Assembly (NCBI GenBank): GCA_964621615.1
Contig: CAZUMW010000002.1
Coordinates: 64,286-128,285 of the forward strand
Length of the DNA stretch: 64,000 nt
Source of the DNA: an uncultured Thermodesulfobacteriota bacterium
GTDB lineage: Bacteria; Desulfobacterota; WTBG01; CAIYCZ01; CAIRTM01
Direction of reading: 5' to 3'
The notes under the pieces were generated by a model. It was not told the origin of the DNA. It saw only the letters and a list, made by a program, of their open reading frames with translations, and did no database searches. Position 1 is the first letter of the stretch, and every line of letters begins with the position of its first letter. Below are positions 9,881 to 20,765 of this stretch, piece by piece. A program made the translations under genes and the position numbers.

Positions 9881-12800
9881 TCAAAACTCCGGCTGCATCA
9901 AAGCCGCCGTTAACTTTATGTTGCCGGTAAGCACGCTTTTGATGGTTTCCGCAATGTCTTTCAGCAATACCGGCTTCATAAGAAAGGCCTGTATGCACAT
10001 ATCCCGTGCTTTGTTTTCAGTAACCATTTCGCTGAATCCCGTACAAAGAATAATCGGGATATCCTGCCGTATTCGCTTCATTTCCTGTGCAAGCTCAACA
10101 CCTGTCATATTGGGCATGGTCTGGTCGGTAATGATTAAATCGAACGAGTGTGGCCTGTTGCGAAACACCTCCAGCGCCTCAACACTGCTGGTTCGGGGAG
10201 TTACTGAGTATCCCAGGTGCTCAAGCATTTTTTGCATTATTTTGACTATATTTTCTTCGTCGTCAACCACCAGAATGTTCTCTGTGCCGCCGGTTATTTG
10301 ACTGTGTCCGGTCTCCGGTGCCGTCTCCTGGTGCGTGTTTATAACCGGGAAATATATGGAAAAAGAAGCACCATTTCCCGGCTCGCTGTAGGCGTGGACG
10401 GTTCCCCCATAGCTTTTCACAATACCATGGACAACGGACAGCCCGAGGCCGGTGCCTTTGCCCGGCTCTTTTGTGGTAAAAAAGGGATCAAAAATTTTTT
10501 CGAGCATGGCCTTCTCCATTCCGCAGCCGGTGTCGCTTACACCAAGTTTTACATACGTACCGGGCGTAAGTCCCTGTGAGCGGAAGGCTTCAGAGTCGAT
10601 TTCACAGTTCTCGACGCGAACCTCAAGCACACCAGCCTGTTCCCCTATGGCATGTTTCGCGTTTGTGCACAAGTTCATTATAATCTGGTGTATTTGCGTG
10701 GGGTCAGCCATAATAACATCGTTTGCAGCTTTAAACTGCTGCCGGATCTCAATTACCGAGGGAAACGTAGAGCGTATAAATTTTACCGTTTCTTTAATGA
10801 TGGAAGTGATACTTATGGGTTTAACCCCCTGTTCTGTCTGTCTGCTGAAAGCAAGTATTTGGCGTACCAGGTTTTTTGCTCGCTCACCGGCGGTCATAAC
10901 CTCTGTAAGATTTTCGTGCAGCGGGGTGCCGGCAGCGGCATGATCAAAAGAAATCTCGGTATACCCTAAAATAACACCGAGTATGTTGTTGAAATCGTGG
11001 GCAATGCCACCTGCAAGCGTGCCGATTGCCTCCATTTTTTGTGCTTGGCGAAGCTCCCGCTGAAGCTTGAGCTCATTGGTTATATTCCTGCAGACCGCCA
11101 CGTAATTTGTGACTGCCCCGGTTTCTTCGTTACGGACCGGTGAAATCGTTACCTGCAGCTCGCATGAGGTGCCGTCTTTTTTCCTGTTGGTGATTTGCTC
11201 TTTCCATACGCTGCCGTCCTTGATCCGGTTCCACATATCAGCGTAAGACTCCCGCTCGTGGACGGGATATTGCGGCTTGAAGGGGTTGAGGCCGACCGCC
11301 TCATCCGCTGTGTAGCCGAATACTTTTTCAGCAGCAGGATTTATATACTCAACAGTGCCGTCAGAGGCCATAATAAAAATGGCTTCATCCGTCTGCTCAA
11401 CCACCGAGCTTAATTGTATCCGCTCCTGCTCCAGGCGCTTGCGGTCGGTAATATCCTGACACAGAGAGATGATGCTGATAACACTGCCGGCTTCGTCCGT
11501 AAGTGGGGTGTTGAACCATTCGCATTCTATAATCGAGCCGTCTTTTGTAAGGTTTCTGTTGTTGCTGTATGTAAACTGCTTTTTGTGAACAAGCTCATGC
11601 CACTTTTTGCTGACAAAAGGGCGGTCACTTTCCAGAATAAGTTCAATGCCGTTTTTGCCCAAGGCCTCGCTGCGGCTGTAGGCAAATATTTTTTCAGCAC
11701 CGGGGTTCCATTCCGTTACCGTAAAATCAAGGCCCCATTCTATTACCCCAAGAGGAGTCTGCCGGATGTACAAAGAGAGGCGCTGCTCAGAGGCTCTCAG
11801 TTTGTGAAGGGCTGTTTCGAGCTCTTTGGTGCGCTCATATACCTTATGCTCCAGTTGCTGCGTGTATTCATGTTCAATTTTTTTTGCCTTTTTAAGCCCT
11901 GCCACCATGCCGTTGAATGAACTTGCAAGAACACCGGTTTCGTCATTTCTATGTATATCAACTGCGGTATCAAGATCGCCTTCCTTTACCCTGGTTGCCG
12001 CCCGGGACAGTAATTTTACTGGCTTTACGAAATTTTTGACTAACAAGGCGATCAGCATGCACGAAACCAGCAGAAAAAGGCAGGTAGCCGCGGTAAAGCG
12101 ATGGCCCATTGCCTGCATGGTTGAGGACAGCTTTGACTGTGACTCATGAATTGATTCAAAAACCACAGATTCAGGTATCACGAGGCAGCACCGCCACCCT
12201 GTTGACGGCATGGCATGTGAAGATATGATATAAGGAATCTTGTCTAGGACAAGACTGCTGACCTGAAACCGCCTGCCCAGAATAGCCCTTGCTGTGCTGC
12301 GCACCTGCAGATTTGATGAGTCAAGAAGGCTGTTCACCATTCGTACGCCGTCAATATTTTCCTCAGCGCTCGGTGTGTCGAGCCCCAGCACGTTTTTGTG
12401 TTTATTTTTCATGGCGATAATCACCCCGATGTCATCAAGCAGAAACGGCACCATATGCTGCGAATGTGCGTGTGCATCCGCCTGCGTGAAAATATCGCTT
12501 CGTATCTTATCGAGTGAAATATCGACACAGGCGACTCCAGCGAAATCGACTCGGCTCTCATAGATTGGTGTGCTGGCGGTAATGACAAGCCCCTGGCCCA
12601 TGTCATTTCGGTATATGTTCGTCCAGATGGTTTTTCGTTCAGGGTTCATGGCAGGCCCGGCAAGAGCGTGAAAACTTCTGTTTGTTATATCGTATTCGTC
12701 CGCCGGCGGCATCCGGTCGATACAGTGAAGGTTTGGTGCATACCGCCTGATGCCCGGTTTGGTCACAATATAGCACGCGGCAATTTCAGGGTTTTTTTTC

Positions 12801-13261
12801 TGGATGCTGTCGAGCAGGGGATCGATCGGGGAAAGTGCGGCGAGGCATTGCCTGGTATAAACGGAAAGGTGAGCCGAGCCCCAGTAATGCACCATAGTCA
12901 GCGCGTCAGGGCCGTTTGTATACATTCCGGTGGGTTCATGAAGGCGCAGCCCGCTGGTGTTGGTTGCCCCGGGGGCGATATTCATACGATGCTCGGCCTG
13001 ACCTGCCAGCAGGGCGGAAAACGTCGCCGCTTTCTGGAATATCGTTTCATACCGGTGTGCTTTTTCATGGGTCAGTTTTTCAAGAAACGCATAGGTGTTT
13101 TTTTTAATGCTTTCTTCATTGGCCCGGTTTGAAAATCTGCCGAATTCGGAAAGCAGATGTGAGGCAAGAAAGCGCATCGATAGCATGGACATAAAAAAGA
13201 TAAGTGTAAAGCTCAGGAAAAGCTTGGTTCCGATACGCAGCCGCGGCTTGGGAAAATACAT
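9881..13261 (-). CDS. Hybrid sensor histidine kinase with periplasmic Cache-like domain, HAMP, two PAS, HisKA, HATPase_c and receiver
   Basis: Two TM segments flank a periplasmic region; this is followed by HAMP-like and PAS segments. H-box '[13 protein letters not shown]', '[18 protein letters not shown]' and receiver '[14 protein letters not shown]...LIITDQTMP'. The ORF opens at TTG 13288; the first ATG is at 13261. Confidence 0.8.
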   Translation of the reverse strand: MYFPKPRLRIGTKLFLSFTLIFFMSMLSMRFLASHLLSEFGRFSNRANEESIKKNTYAFLEKLTHEKAHRYETIFQKAATFSALLAGQAEHRMNIAPGATNTSGLRLHEPTGMYTNGPDALTMVHYWGSAHLSVYTRQCLAALSPIDPLLDSIQKKNPEIAACYIVTKPGIRRYAPNLHCIDRMPPADEYDITNRSFHALAGPAMNPERKTIWTNIYRNDMGQGLVITASTPIYESRVDFAGVACVDISLDKIRSDIFTQADAHAHSQHMVPFLLDDIGVIIAMKNKHKNVLGLDTPSAEENIDGVRMVNSLLDSSNLQVRSTARAILGRRFQVSSLVLDKIPYIISSHAMPSTGWRCCLVIPESVVFESIHESQSKLSSTMQAMGHRFTAATCLFLLVSCMLIALLVKNFVKPVKLLSRAATRVKEGDLDTAVDIHRNDETGVLASSFNGMVAGLKKAKKIEHEYTQQLEHKVYERTKELETALHKLRASEQRLSLYIRQTPLGVIEWGLDFTVTEWNPGAEKIFAYSRSEALGKNGIELILESDRPFVSKKWHELVHKKQFTYSNNRNLTKDGSIIECEWFNTPLTDEAGSVISIISLCQDITDRKRLEQERIQLSSVVEQTDEAIFIMASDGTVEYINPAAEKVFGYTADEAVGLNPFKPQYPVHERESYADMWNRIKDGSVWKEQITNRKKDGTSCELQVTISPVRNEETGAVTNYVAVCRNITNELKLQRELRQAQKMEAIGTLAGGIAHDFNNILGVILGYTEISFDHAAAGTPLHENLTEVMTAGERAKNLVRQILAFSRQTEQGVKPISITSIIKETVKFIRSTFPSVIEIRQQFKAANDVIMADPTQIHQIIMNLCTNAKHAIGEQAGVLEVRVENCEIDSEAFRSQGLTPGTYVKLGVSDTGCGMEKAMLEKIFDPFFTTKEPGKGTGLGLSVVHGIVKSYGGTVHAYSEPGNGASFSIYFPVINTHQETAPETGHSQITGGTENILVVDDEENIVKIMQKMLEHLGYSVTPRTSSVEALEVFRNRPHSFDLIITDQTMPNMTGVELAQEMKRIRQDIPIILCTGFSEMVTENKARDMCIQAFLMKPVLLKDIAETIKSVLTGNIKLTAALMQPEF

Positions 13262-13483
13262 GTCGGTACCTTTTCTGAAATGTATCAACTTTGCATAAAC
13301 AAATAATAATTATGTAGTCACGGATTTTACATCACACTGCTGCGCTGCTGGCAGACCGCGGAAACGCCACGGGTTCCGCTTGTGTCTCTCTTTTTCCGCA
13401 CGGGCCTGGATGCGGCTTCCGGTACTGACGTGTTTGGATTATACGTGTGCGGTATGCCCATACATCGTAGACAGAAGCTGCTT

Positions 13484-15683
13484 TTATGTACAACAGCAGC
13501 TTTTCTGCCTGCTTTCTGTGTATACGCGGCCGGCGACAATCGATGCGGTGTGATCTGTTACCTGTTTGCGGGCCTCATTATTCCTCGGGGCTGCTGCGGG
13601 AAAATATTTTTTTGGTGTTCGCGTGGTTTCTTTATGCCCACGTACAATAGTCCCCAGAGTGTGCACAACGTCGGTGAGCCGATTCGCATGTTCAGCAACG
13701 AGGCTGCTTGTGTGCGCAGACTTTTGTGCCTGGTAAGTGGTTTCGGCGGTTATTGACTGCATTTGTTCAATTGAAGCTTTTATGCTGTTTACTCCATCCG
13801 ACTGGTCTTTGCTCGCATAGCTGACCTGATCGCTGTGTGTGGTGATCGTGTGTATGTTGCCGGAAATCTGCTGGAATACCGTTGCCGAGTTTTCTATGAC
13901 GCACACTCCGTTATCAGCCTGCTGGCGTGATTCTTCGATAAGCTTTTCGCTATTGCACGCTGCTTCGGCACACTGTTCAGAAAGGGTGGTAAATTCACGC
14001 GCTACGGTTGCAAAGGCATTTCCCGCCTCACCGGCCCGGGCGGCCTCAATGGTGGCGTTCAGGGCGAGTATTTTAGTGTCTCTTTCGGGGATGGTTAAAA
14101 CCCCTCGCCTTCAGGCGAAGAAAAGTTCCCCCGAAGTCTCCAAAGGAGACAAGGGTTATTGATTTTGAAGGCCTCATTTTGGTTCAATGAGACCAGGTTT
14201 TTTAATCAACACGGGCAAAAGTCGAATTCATTCGACGCCCGTGTCAAACCCCTCGACTTATAGTCGAGGGTAGTTTAGTGTGAAATGCAATGCTGTTAAT
14301 ATTCTGCACAACGGTCGCCGTTTCATCCGCCGATAGCTTTATGCTGTTTATGGCCATCATCATTTTTTCCATTTCGCTGTTGCCGCGACCCGCTGCATGC
14401 CATGCCTGCTGCGCCAATGTTGACATCTCGTCACAACTTTGTGCATTTTCACGTGCGGCTTCAGCTATTTCCTCCAAAGAGATGCTTACCGTCTGCAAGC
14501 GTTCGGTCTGCTCCTGCGCTGCGCCGGCAAGCTGGGTGCTTCGGTTGTCCATATCCTGTGACAGCACCAATAAATCGTGCGAATCGCTTGTCAGGCTGCT
14601 GTTGACTTTCTGCAGAATGCTGGTCGAATACAACGTCAGCAAAATGCCGAATACCAAAGAAGCGGCAGAACCCAGAACGCAGCCGACTGTGGAATTTATT
14701 TTTGCCCAGTGAGCGCTCTGCATGGATGATGCCACCGCCCCGTCAGCCTGTTTGTTATTATAGTCGATAATTTTGTTTACAAGTGCTAGCACGCCCTGCT
14801 GTTTTTCGAAGCACCGTACTTTCGCCTGCGTGTTCATGGCGTTATAGAGGCTTTCTGTTTTTGTTGCCATGGCGCGAAGCTGTTCAAACATGACGAACAT
14901 TTTTTCTGCTGCCGGCACCATATCCTGAAAATATGAAAGCGTGGCATCCTGTATGCGCCCCAGCGTTACCTGTTTGTGAATCGTGTGCACTGCCTCATAA
15001 AATTTTTTATGAAGCGGCACGATATCATTAACCAGCGTCTGCAGCTTTTTATTTTTGGAAGAAAAGGTGTCAACCCACCTGCCGAAGCTCGACTGAACGG
15101 CGCTCCCGGGGTCTTCAAGCCCGCTGTTTGTTTGTATGTAATACCAGACTTCGCTTTTGAGTTTGTAGAGGTCTCCGCGAAACTGCTCGATGTTTTTTTT
15201 GAGCACTACGGGGTTGGCAATATCCATTGTGTCGAGCTTGCATGAAAGCTCGAGAAAACGGCTGTTCTCCCGCTCCCACTGGTCAAGCGCGTTTGTCAGG
15301 TCAGCGAAAAGATTCTTTCCCTCAGTGGTAACCAGCAGCGGCTTATAATCACTGAGCGTTTTTTGATAGCGTTTCCTGAGGTGTTTGATCTGCGTATATT
15401 GTTCAGAGCGCTCACCGGGGCTGACATCAGGATCAAGCAGAACAAACTGCGCAATACGCATCTCCTGAACGATGTCATTTATCTTCATGGTGTAATATAC
15501 ACCGGGAAGCCGAACACGCCCGACCTCATATAGATGAGATTTGAGCTTGCCCGCCACTATCCATCCAACTGACCCCGCAAGCAGTGTGATTGCAGCAACC
15601 AGAAAAAAGCTGGTGAACAGCTTTGTCTGCAACCGCGTATTTTTTACATAGCCATAGACATTCAGTATTTTTTTGACCATCAC
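13484..15683 (-). pseudogene. Methyl-accepting chemotaxis protein interrupted by a 194-bp insertion (N-terminal part 14282-15683, signalling-domain part 13484-14071)
   Basis: The upstream ORF ends '...VVQNINSIAFHTK' and then reads into the insert to a stop. Minus-strand translation just beyond the insert continues 'DTKILALNATIEAARAGEAGNAFATVAREF...', the invariant MCP hairpin tip. The two halves are in different frames and separated by the insert. Confidence 0.75.
14072..14281. mobile_element. MITE-like non-autonomous insertion (~194 bp, no ORF) flanked by an 8-bp direct repeat TTTAGTGT
   Basis: Identical 8-mer at 14072-14079 and 14274-14281. The insert is packed with stem-loops (cgcc-ttca-ggcg; tctcc-aaa-ggaga; cacgggc...gcccgtg; ccctcgact-tat-agtcgaggg). 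The motif AAACCCCTCG occurs twice inside. It splits a conserved MCP coding motif. Confidence 0.6.
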
Positions 15684-15833
15684 AGAGCCCTTTTGCTATA
15701 TATGTCCGGCAATACAATGATGGCCCGCCCCACCGGTTAATGCTTCCTTCAAGGATGATAATTATGTAATGTTTATTATTCATTAATGCTATGTTATTAT
15801 TTTAAAAAAATAATTGACAGAGGATCGCGTATC

Positions 15834-15859
15834 AGCTATAGATATAGCTAAATAGCTAT
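15834..15859. promoter_or_regulatory. Putative ArsR operator: near-perfect palindrome AGCTATA-GA-TATAGCT plus an adjacent third ATAGCTAT half-site, directly upstream of arsR
   Basis: The inverted repeat is visible in the sequence 20-45 bp upstream of the arsR start. A related 'CTATAGCTG...CTATATAG' element lies at 16238-16263 upstream of acr3. Confidence 0.45.
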
Positions 15860-15877
15860 TTGTTTAAGGGTATATTT

Positions 15878-16225
15878 ATGCGTGAGTTAATGGTTGTTTT
15901 AAAGGCAGTATCAGACAAAAACCGTATGCGCATTCTGAAGATGCTTGAGAAAAAAAAGATGTGTGTGTGCGAGCTGTCTGCGGTGCTGAACATTAAGCAG
16001 CCCAGTGTGTCAAAGCACTTGACTATTTTAAAAAACGCAGGGCTTATCCTGGATGAAAGAAACGGGCAGTGGATTGATTATGCTCTGTGTACAGAAAAAT
16101 TCAACCGCTATGCACCGGTTATGCAGGATATGATCAAAACCTGGCTCAACAACGACGCTGTTGTTAAAGCGGACCTGCAAAAGACAAAAACTCTGTGCAG
16201 AGAAGAGCTGTGCAGACGGGAATAA
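15878..16225 (+). CDS. arsR: ArsR/SmtB family metalloregulatory transcriptional repressor
   Basis: 'LKAVSDKNRMRILKML...MCVCELSAVLNIKQPSVSKHLTILKNAGL' contains the wHTH and the 'CVC' metal site. It is followed by acr3 and arsC. Confidence 0.8.
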   Translation: MRELMVVLKAVSDKNRMRILKMLEKKKMCVCELSAVLNIKQPSVSKHLTILKNAGLILDERNGQWIDYALCTEKFNRYAPVMQDMIKTWLNNDAVVKADLQKTKTLCREELCRRE

Positions 16226-16304
16226 ATTTTTTTGGCTTTATCTATAGCTGCATGACTATATAGGCTATTGGCTATTGATAATATTTCATAAAAGGAGGAT
16301 ACAG

Positions 16305-17510
16305 ATGACACATTCAGGGAACGAAAATAATCGCAAAATGACGAGTGTTTTCGAGCGTTATCTTACTCTCTGGGTGGGGCTTTGTATTGTGGGAGGCATT
16401 ATGCTCGGCAGGACAGCGCCCGGCGTGGCTCAAACGCTTGACAGCATGGCAATTTATGTGAAGGGTGCGCCGGTGATATCAATTCCTATAGCGGTGTGCC
16501 TTTTTTTCATGATGTATCCCATTATGGTTAAAATAGATTTTACCCGGGTTGTAAAAGCCGGCAAAAGCGCAAAGCCGGTATTTTTAACCCTTTTCATAAA
16601 CTGGTGTATTAAACCGTTTACGATGTACGGCATTGCCCTGCTGTTCCTCGGTGTTCTCTTTCGGGGCTTTATCGGACCGGAAGCGGTTGATTTCGTCAAG
16701 ATGCCGTTCGGGCTCGATCTACCTGTGGGGGCGATGCACGGCGCCGGCACTGTAGTGCTCCATGAGGGGATAAAGATGCTGGAGATTCCCCTGTGGCGAA
16801 GCTATTTTGCCGGATGCATTCTGCTCGGCATTGCTCCCTGTACCGCCATGGTGCTGGTGTGGAGCTACCTTGCCCGTGGTAACGACGGGTTGACGCTGGT
16901 CATGGTTGCCATCAATTCGCTTACCATGCTGCTGCTGTACGGAGTGCTGGGCGGATTTCTGCTCGGAGTGGGGAGGCTGCCGGTTCCCTGGCAGGCGCTG
17001 CTTTTGTCTGTGGGTGTGTATGTGGCACTGCCGCTTGTAGCCGGTTATTTTTCACGGAAAATAATAATCGGAGCAAAAGGGCAGCAGTGGTTTGAGGAAA
17101 CATTTCTGCATGTTCTCACCCCCATTACCATTGTTGCCCTGCTGACCACGCTCGTTCTGCTGTTCAGTTTCAAAGGCGACGTGATTGTCGCCAATCCGCT
17201 GACGATACTCTGGATTGCCGTTCCCCTTTTTATCCAGACGGTGCTCATTTTCGGTCTCGGGTACTGGCTGGCAAAACTGCTTAACCTGACCTATGAGAAT
17301 GCCGCCCCCTCTGCAATAATCGGTGCGTCAAATCATTTTGAAGTGGCAATAGCAACATCGGTCATGCTGTTCGGGCTGTCATCGGGGGCAGCGCTTGCGA
17401 CCGTTGTGGGGGTGCTGATTGAAGTTCCGGTGATGCTGATGCTGGTGGGGATCTGTAAGCGCACCCGCACCGCCTTCAGGCCGGCTCCGGAGCTGGCAGC
17501 ACCCCGCTAA
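16305..17510 (+). CDS. acr3: Arsenite efflux permease, ACR3 family
   Basis: ~400-aa polytopic membrane protein. The start '[13 protein letters not shown]' and the overall profile match ACR3. Strong RBS 'aaaggagga' before ATG 16305. Sits in an ars context. Confidence 0.7.
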   Translation: MTHSGNENNRKMTSVFERYLTLWVGLCIVGGIMLGRTAPGVAQTLDSMAIYVKGAPVISIPIAVCLFFMMYPIMVKIDFTRVVKAGKSAKPVFLTLFINWCIKPFTMYGIALLFLGVLFRGFIGPEAVDFVKMPFGLDLPVGAMHGAGTVVLHEGIKMLEIPLWRSYFAGCILLGIAPCTAMVLVWSYLARGNDGLTLVMVAINSLTMLLLYGVLGGFLLGVGRLPVPWQALLLSVGVYVALPLVAGYFSRKIIIGAKGQQWFEETFLHVLTPITIVALLTTLVLLFSFKGDVIVANPLTILWIAVPLFIQTVLIFGLGYWLAKLLNLTYENAAPSAIIGASNHFEVAIATSVMLFGLSSGAALATVVGVLIEVPVMLMLVGICKRTRTAFRPAPELAAPR

Positions 17511-17558
17511 TTACTGAAGCGCTCTATGCGTCTACAAAACGAGAGGATTTTTGTAGTT

Positions 17559-18332
17559 ATGAATAAAGAAGAAAAAGCAATAACCCGCAGGCAGTGTATC
17601 TGCGCGGGAGCGGCAGCAATCACCGCAGCGACAGGAGCGGCCGGATGCAGCATGGTGCCGAAGCCTGCACAACCATCATCAATCCAACCGCCATGGCCCT
17701 ACCCGGCGTTTGACGTTGAGCAGGTGCGCCGTCAGGCATATGCATATAAATATGAAAAAGCCTGCATGTATGGGGTTATCAAAGCCATAGCAGTGTCAGC
17801 AGCCGGGAGCTATCCCAATCCGTGGAGCACGCTGCCCTGTGAGGCTTTTCATTATGGCAGGGGAGGTGCTTACGGCTGGGGGACCCTGTGCGGTGCCCTC
17901 AACGGGGGATTGTTTGTTCTGACGCTTGCCCTCGGCAATTGTCCGAAAGCTGCTGATGACCTGATTCGATGGTACACGCAAACGCCGCTGCCCTCACGCA
18001 AGAGTGAATCGTTCTGCCGCGTTCACAATCAGCCCCGCTCTGTCGCCGGGTCACCCCTGTGCCATCAATCTGTTGCAAACTGGATAGCTGCGTCAGGCAA
18101 TGGGGTTCATACTCCTGAGCGAATCGACCGGTGTGCAAAGATTTCCGGAGACACGGCAGCCCGTGTAGCCGAAATACTTAACAGTGTCCGGGAGGGGACC
18201 TATAAACCCGAAGGCGTGTTTCCCTATGCGGTGACAGACTGCCGGGGGTGTCATTTCGGTTCAGAAACGGTTAGAGATGATTCTATATCAAAAATGCAGT
18301 GCCTTGATTGTCATGATGATCACCGGGAGTAA
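17559..18332 (+). CDS. Tat-signal redox protein: C_GCAxxG_C_C-like domain with two C-terminal CxxCH motifs
   Basis: Twin-arginine 'TRRQCICAGAAAITAATG'. 'EKAC...SAAG...CGALNGG' resembles the C_GCAxxG_C_C pattern. C-terminal 'CRGCH' and 'CLDCH' could bind haem c or metal. Embedded between acr3 and arsC. Confidence 0.4.
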   Translation: MNKEEKAITRRQCICAGAAAITAATGAAGCSMVPKPAQPSSIQPPWPYPAFDVEQVRRQAYAYKYEKACMYGVIKAIAVSAAGSYPNPWSTLPCEAFHYGRGGAYGWGTLCGALNGGLFVLTLALGNCPKAADDLIRWYTQTPLPSRKSESFCRVHNQPRSVAGSPLCHQSVANWIAASGNGVHTPERIDRCAKISGDTAARVAEILNSVREGTYKPEGVFPYAVTDCRGCHFGSETVRDDSISKMQCLDCHDDHRE

Positions 18333-18383
18333 TGTTGAGAGCAGCAAATCATCCTTACACTATCGCTGAAAGGAAAACAGTAT

Positions 18384-18812
18384 ATGAAAAAAAAGATCCT
18401 GTTTCTCTGTACCGGCAATTCCTGCCGCAGTCAAATGGCTGAAGGCTGGGCGCGGCACCTGTTGGGTGACCGGCTTGATGCGTATTCCGCCGGTATTGAA
18501 ACACATGGATTGAATTCTCATGCTGTTCAGGTAATGGCTGAAGCCGGGGTGGACATTTCACATCATCGGTCAAAACATATAGATGAGCTAAAAAATATTA
18601 ATTTTGATTATGTGGTTACCGTGTGCGATCATGCGCGTGAATCATGTCCCTTTTTTCCGGGCAAAGCCAAAGCGGCCCATGCAGGTTTTGACGATCCTCC
18701 GAAAATGGCGGCTGCATGTTCCACACAAGAGAAAAAGCTTGATTGTTACCGTGCGGTGAGAGATCAAATCAGAGACTTCGTGAAAACCATTCCTGAATCA
18801 CTGGAAACGTGA
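18384..18812 (+). CDS. arsC: Arsenate reductase, thioredoxin-coupled LMW-PTPase family
   Basis: 'ILFLCTGNSCRSQMAEGW' P-loop CX5R motif. 142 aa. RBS 'aaaggaaaac'. Confidence 0.85.
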   Translation: MKKKILFLCTGNSCRSQMAEGWARHLLGDRLDAYSAGIETHGLNSHAVQVMAEAGVDISHHRSKHIDELKNINFDYVVTVCDHARESCPFFPGKAKAAHAGFDDPPKMAAACSTQEKKLDCYRAVRDQIRDFVKTIPESLET

Positions 18813-19054
18813 TTTCTGAGAAAGAAACAGTTGTTTATACAATGCTGTGCTCCCCTAACGTAAAATCGATATGGTTCGTTGTCAGCGAAGGGGTTATCGT
18901 TTTTGTAATCGAGAAGACTTCGATCAGAGAACGTAAAAAGCGATAACGACAACGATAACGATTAAATAATTATCGTGGATAAACTCGAAATTCCCGCTGC
19001 CTTAAAAAGGTAAGATTTCTGCAGTCTATGTGAACCTGTAGCAAATGTGATGCT

Positions 19055-19080
19055 CCCCGCCTACAAAGCGGGGCTTTCTC
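19055..19080 (+). terminator. Rho-independent terminator-like hairpin (ccccgc-ctacaaa-gcgggg + CTTTCTC)
   Basis: GC stem with a 7-nt loop followed by a T-rich run. Lies ~240 bp after arsC. Confidence 0.35.
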
Positions 19081-19241
19081 GGCACGTTCCGGTAAACATG
19101 AATCAATAAGGACAATTCGCACAGTAAATACTTGTCAGAATAGCTCTGGGGGGATTGACTCCCTTGCTCTGTTGACTCTGCATCCATGTGTGTTTATCAG
19201 AAGAAGAAACACATGATGCCACCACCCGGGAATTGTTCATT

Positions 19242-20042
19242 ATGAAAAAAGCGATTGCGTTTATAGGTGTCTTTGCGGCTTTGGCAGTGTGTGCGTATTG
19301 GTGGAGTATGCAAGACACTCCGGAACAGCCGGCAGGGATGGCATTTCATAAACAGACAAGGCTGACCATCGGTTCAGTACTGCAATCCCTGATCGTTGCA
19401 CAACGAGGTGAATCTGTGGAAAAAAAAACACATGCAGGAGAAACCGTTTCGCTGCCGCAGCCTGATTTCAGCGGCATCACCGTCGAAAAAGCCCTGCGCA
19501 TGCGGCGCTCGGTGCGCTCATATTCAAACCAGCCACTGTCGATGGGTGAGCTTTCCCAGCTTTTCTTTGCCGCCCAGGGCATAACCGGCAAAGAGCAGGG
19601 AATCACCCTGCGCGCCGCACCCTCAGCGGGTGCGCTGTATCCGTGTGAGCTCTATGCCGCTGTGTTCCGGGTCGACGGGCTCGATCCGGGTTTGTACCGG
19701 TATGTGCCGGAAGGGCACTCACTTGTGCTGGTAAACGGCGAAGTGAAAGAAAGCGCCCTTACCGCGGCAGCACTTGGTCAGGAGATGGTCGGTGATGCAG
19801 CGGTTACCTTTATCATAACCGGGGTGTTTCAGCGCTGCACGGGCAAATACGGACAGCGGGGATACCGGTATGTGTACATGGAGGCGGGACATACCAGCCA
19901 GAACCTGTATCTGCAGGCAGCCTCCCTGGGGCTGGGCTCTGTTTGTGTGGGGGCGTTTTTTGATGAAAACCTCAATCAGCTGCTGGGCGTCGACGGTGAG
20001 CGTGAGGCAGCCCTGTATCTGCATGCGGTCGGGGCACAATGA
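19242..20042 (+). CDS. SagB-type dehydrogenase / nitroreductase-superfamily protein with N-terminal signal or TM segment
   Basis: 'RAAPSAGALYPCELY', 'YRYVP', 'RGYRYVYMEAGHTSQNLYLQAASLGLG' and 'GAFFDE' are hallmarks of the SagB/ThcOx nitroreductase fold. N-terminus is hydrophobic 'MKKAIAFIGVFAALAVCAYWW'. Confidence 0.65.
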   Translation: MKKAIAFIGVFAALAVCAYWWSMQDTPEQPAGMAFHKQTRLTIGSVLQSLIVAQRGESVEKKTHAGETVSLPQPDFSGITVEKALRMRRSVRSYSNQPLSMGELSQLFFAAQGITGKEQGITLRAAPSAGALYPCELYAAVFRVDGLDPGLYRYVPEGHSLVLVNGEVKESALTAAALGQEMVGDAAVTFIITGVFQRCTGKYGQRGYRYVYMEAGHTSQNLYLQAASLGLGSVCVGAFFDENLNQLLGVDGEREAALYLHAVGAQ

Positions 20043-20298
20043 GCTCCTCTTTTGCCGTAGCGCGGTTTGTGATTTCTGTTCTGCTGCTGGCGTGCATCGC
20101 TGTCGCCGGCCTCACCGGCTATCTGCAGGTGCGGCTTGATCTGCACCGGTTTGTGCTGCACCGGTATTTTGCCTATGCCGGTCTGCTTCTGACCGCAGTG
20201 CACTGCATGATAAACGGAAGCAGGATCGCGGGATATCTCAGGCTGCTGAGAAAAAAAGTTCAAAGCGAAAAGCAGCCCTGAATACCCAAAAAGCCCGG

Positions 20299-20646
20299 TC
20301 ACCGTTCTTCAAAGGCCTCGAGCGCTTTCATGACCTCGACAACGGCCGACATTCCGGGGCCGCCCTGCATGTTCACCGCGACCGATGCCGCTTCAAGGAT
20401 TTCATCCGAAGTGGCGCCGTGTCCGAGCGCGGCTTTGGTGTGCGCGCAGATACAGGATGAGCACCGCAGCCCCACAGCGATTCCCAGCGCAATAAGCTCT
20501 TTTTCTTTGGCCTTAAGGGCGCCGTCCTGCATAACGTTGCCGGTAAGTGTCATAAAGCTCTGTGCGATGGCCGAATGCTTTTGTGCAAATTTAGCCATAT
20601 ACTCGAAAAATTCATCCAGCTGTTCCTGCGGTCCGGATGTGCTCAT
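20299..20646 (-). CDS. Carboxymuconolactone decarboxylase / AhpD-like family protein
   Basis: 'ELIALGIAVGLRCSSCICAHT' CxxC-His motif of the AhpD/CMD fold. RBS 'aggaga' before the internal ATG at 20646. Confidence 0.6.
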   Translation of the reverse strand: MSTSGPQEQLDEFFEYMAKFAQKHSAIAQSFMTLTGNVMQDGALKAKEKELIALGIAVGLRCSSCICAHTKAALGHGATSDEILEAASVAVNMQGGPGMSAVVEVMKALEAFEER

Positions 20647-20765
20647 GTCTCGTTCTCCTGTTGTGTTTTTATTAAGTAATAAAACCGCCATTGGCAATAA
20701 TTTAAAGATCATGCAATAATGTGTCAACAAAAATGCCGCTCTAAAAGAACACATCTCTACAAAAG

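Noticed and set aside
18880-18960. Possible tRNA-like segment (contains GGTTCG)
   Set aside because: No acceptor, anticodon or T-arm geometry could be built by hand. This is more likely a repeat-rich 3' UTR.
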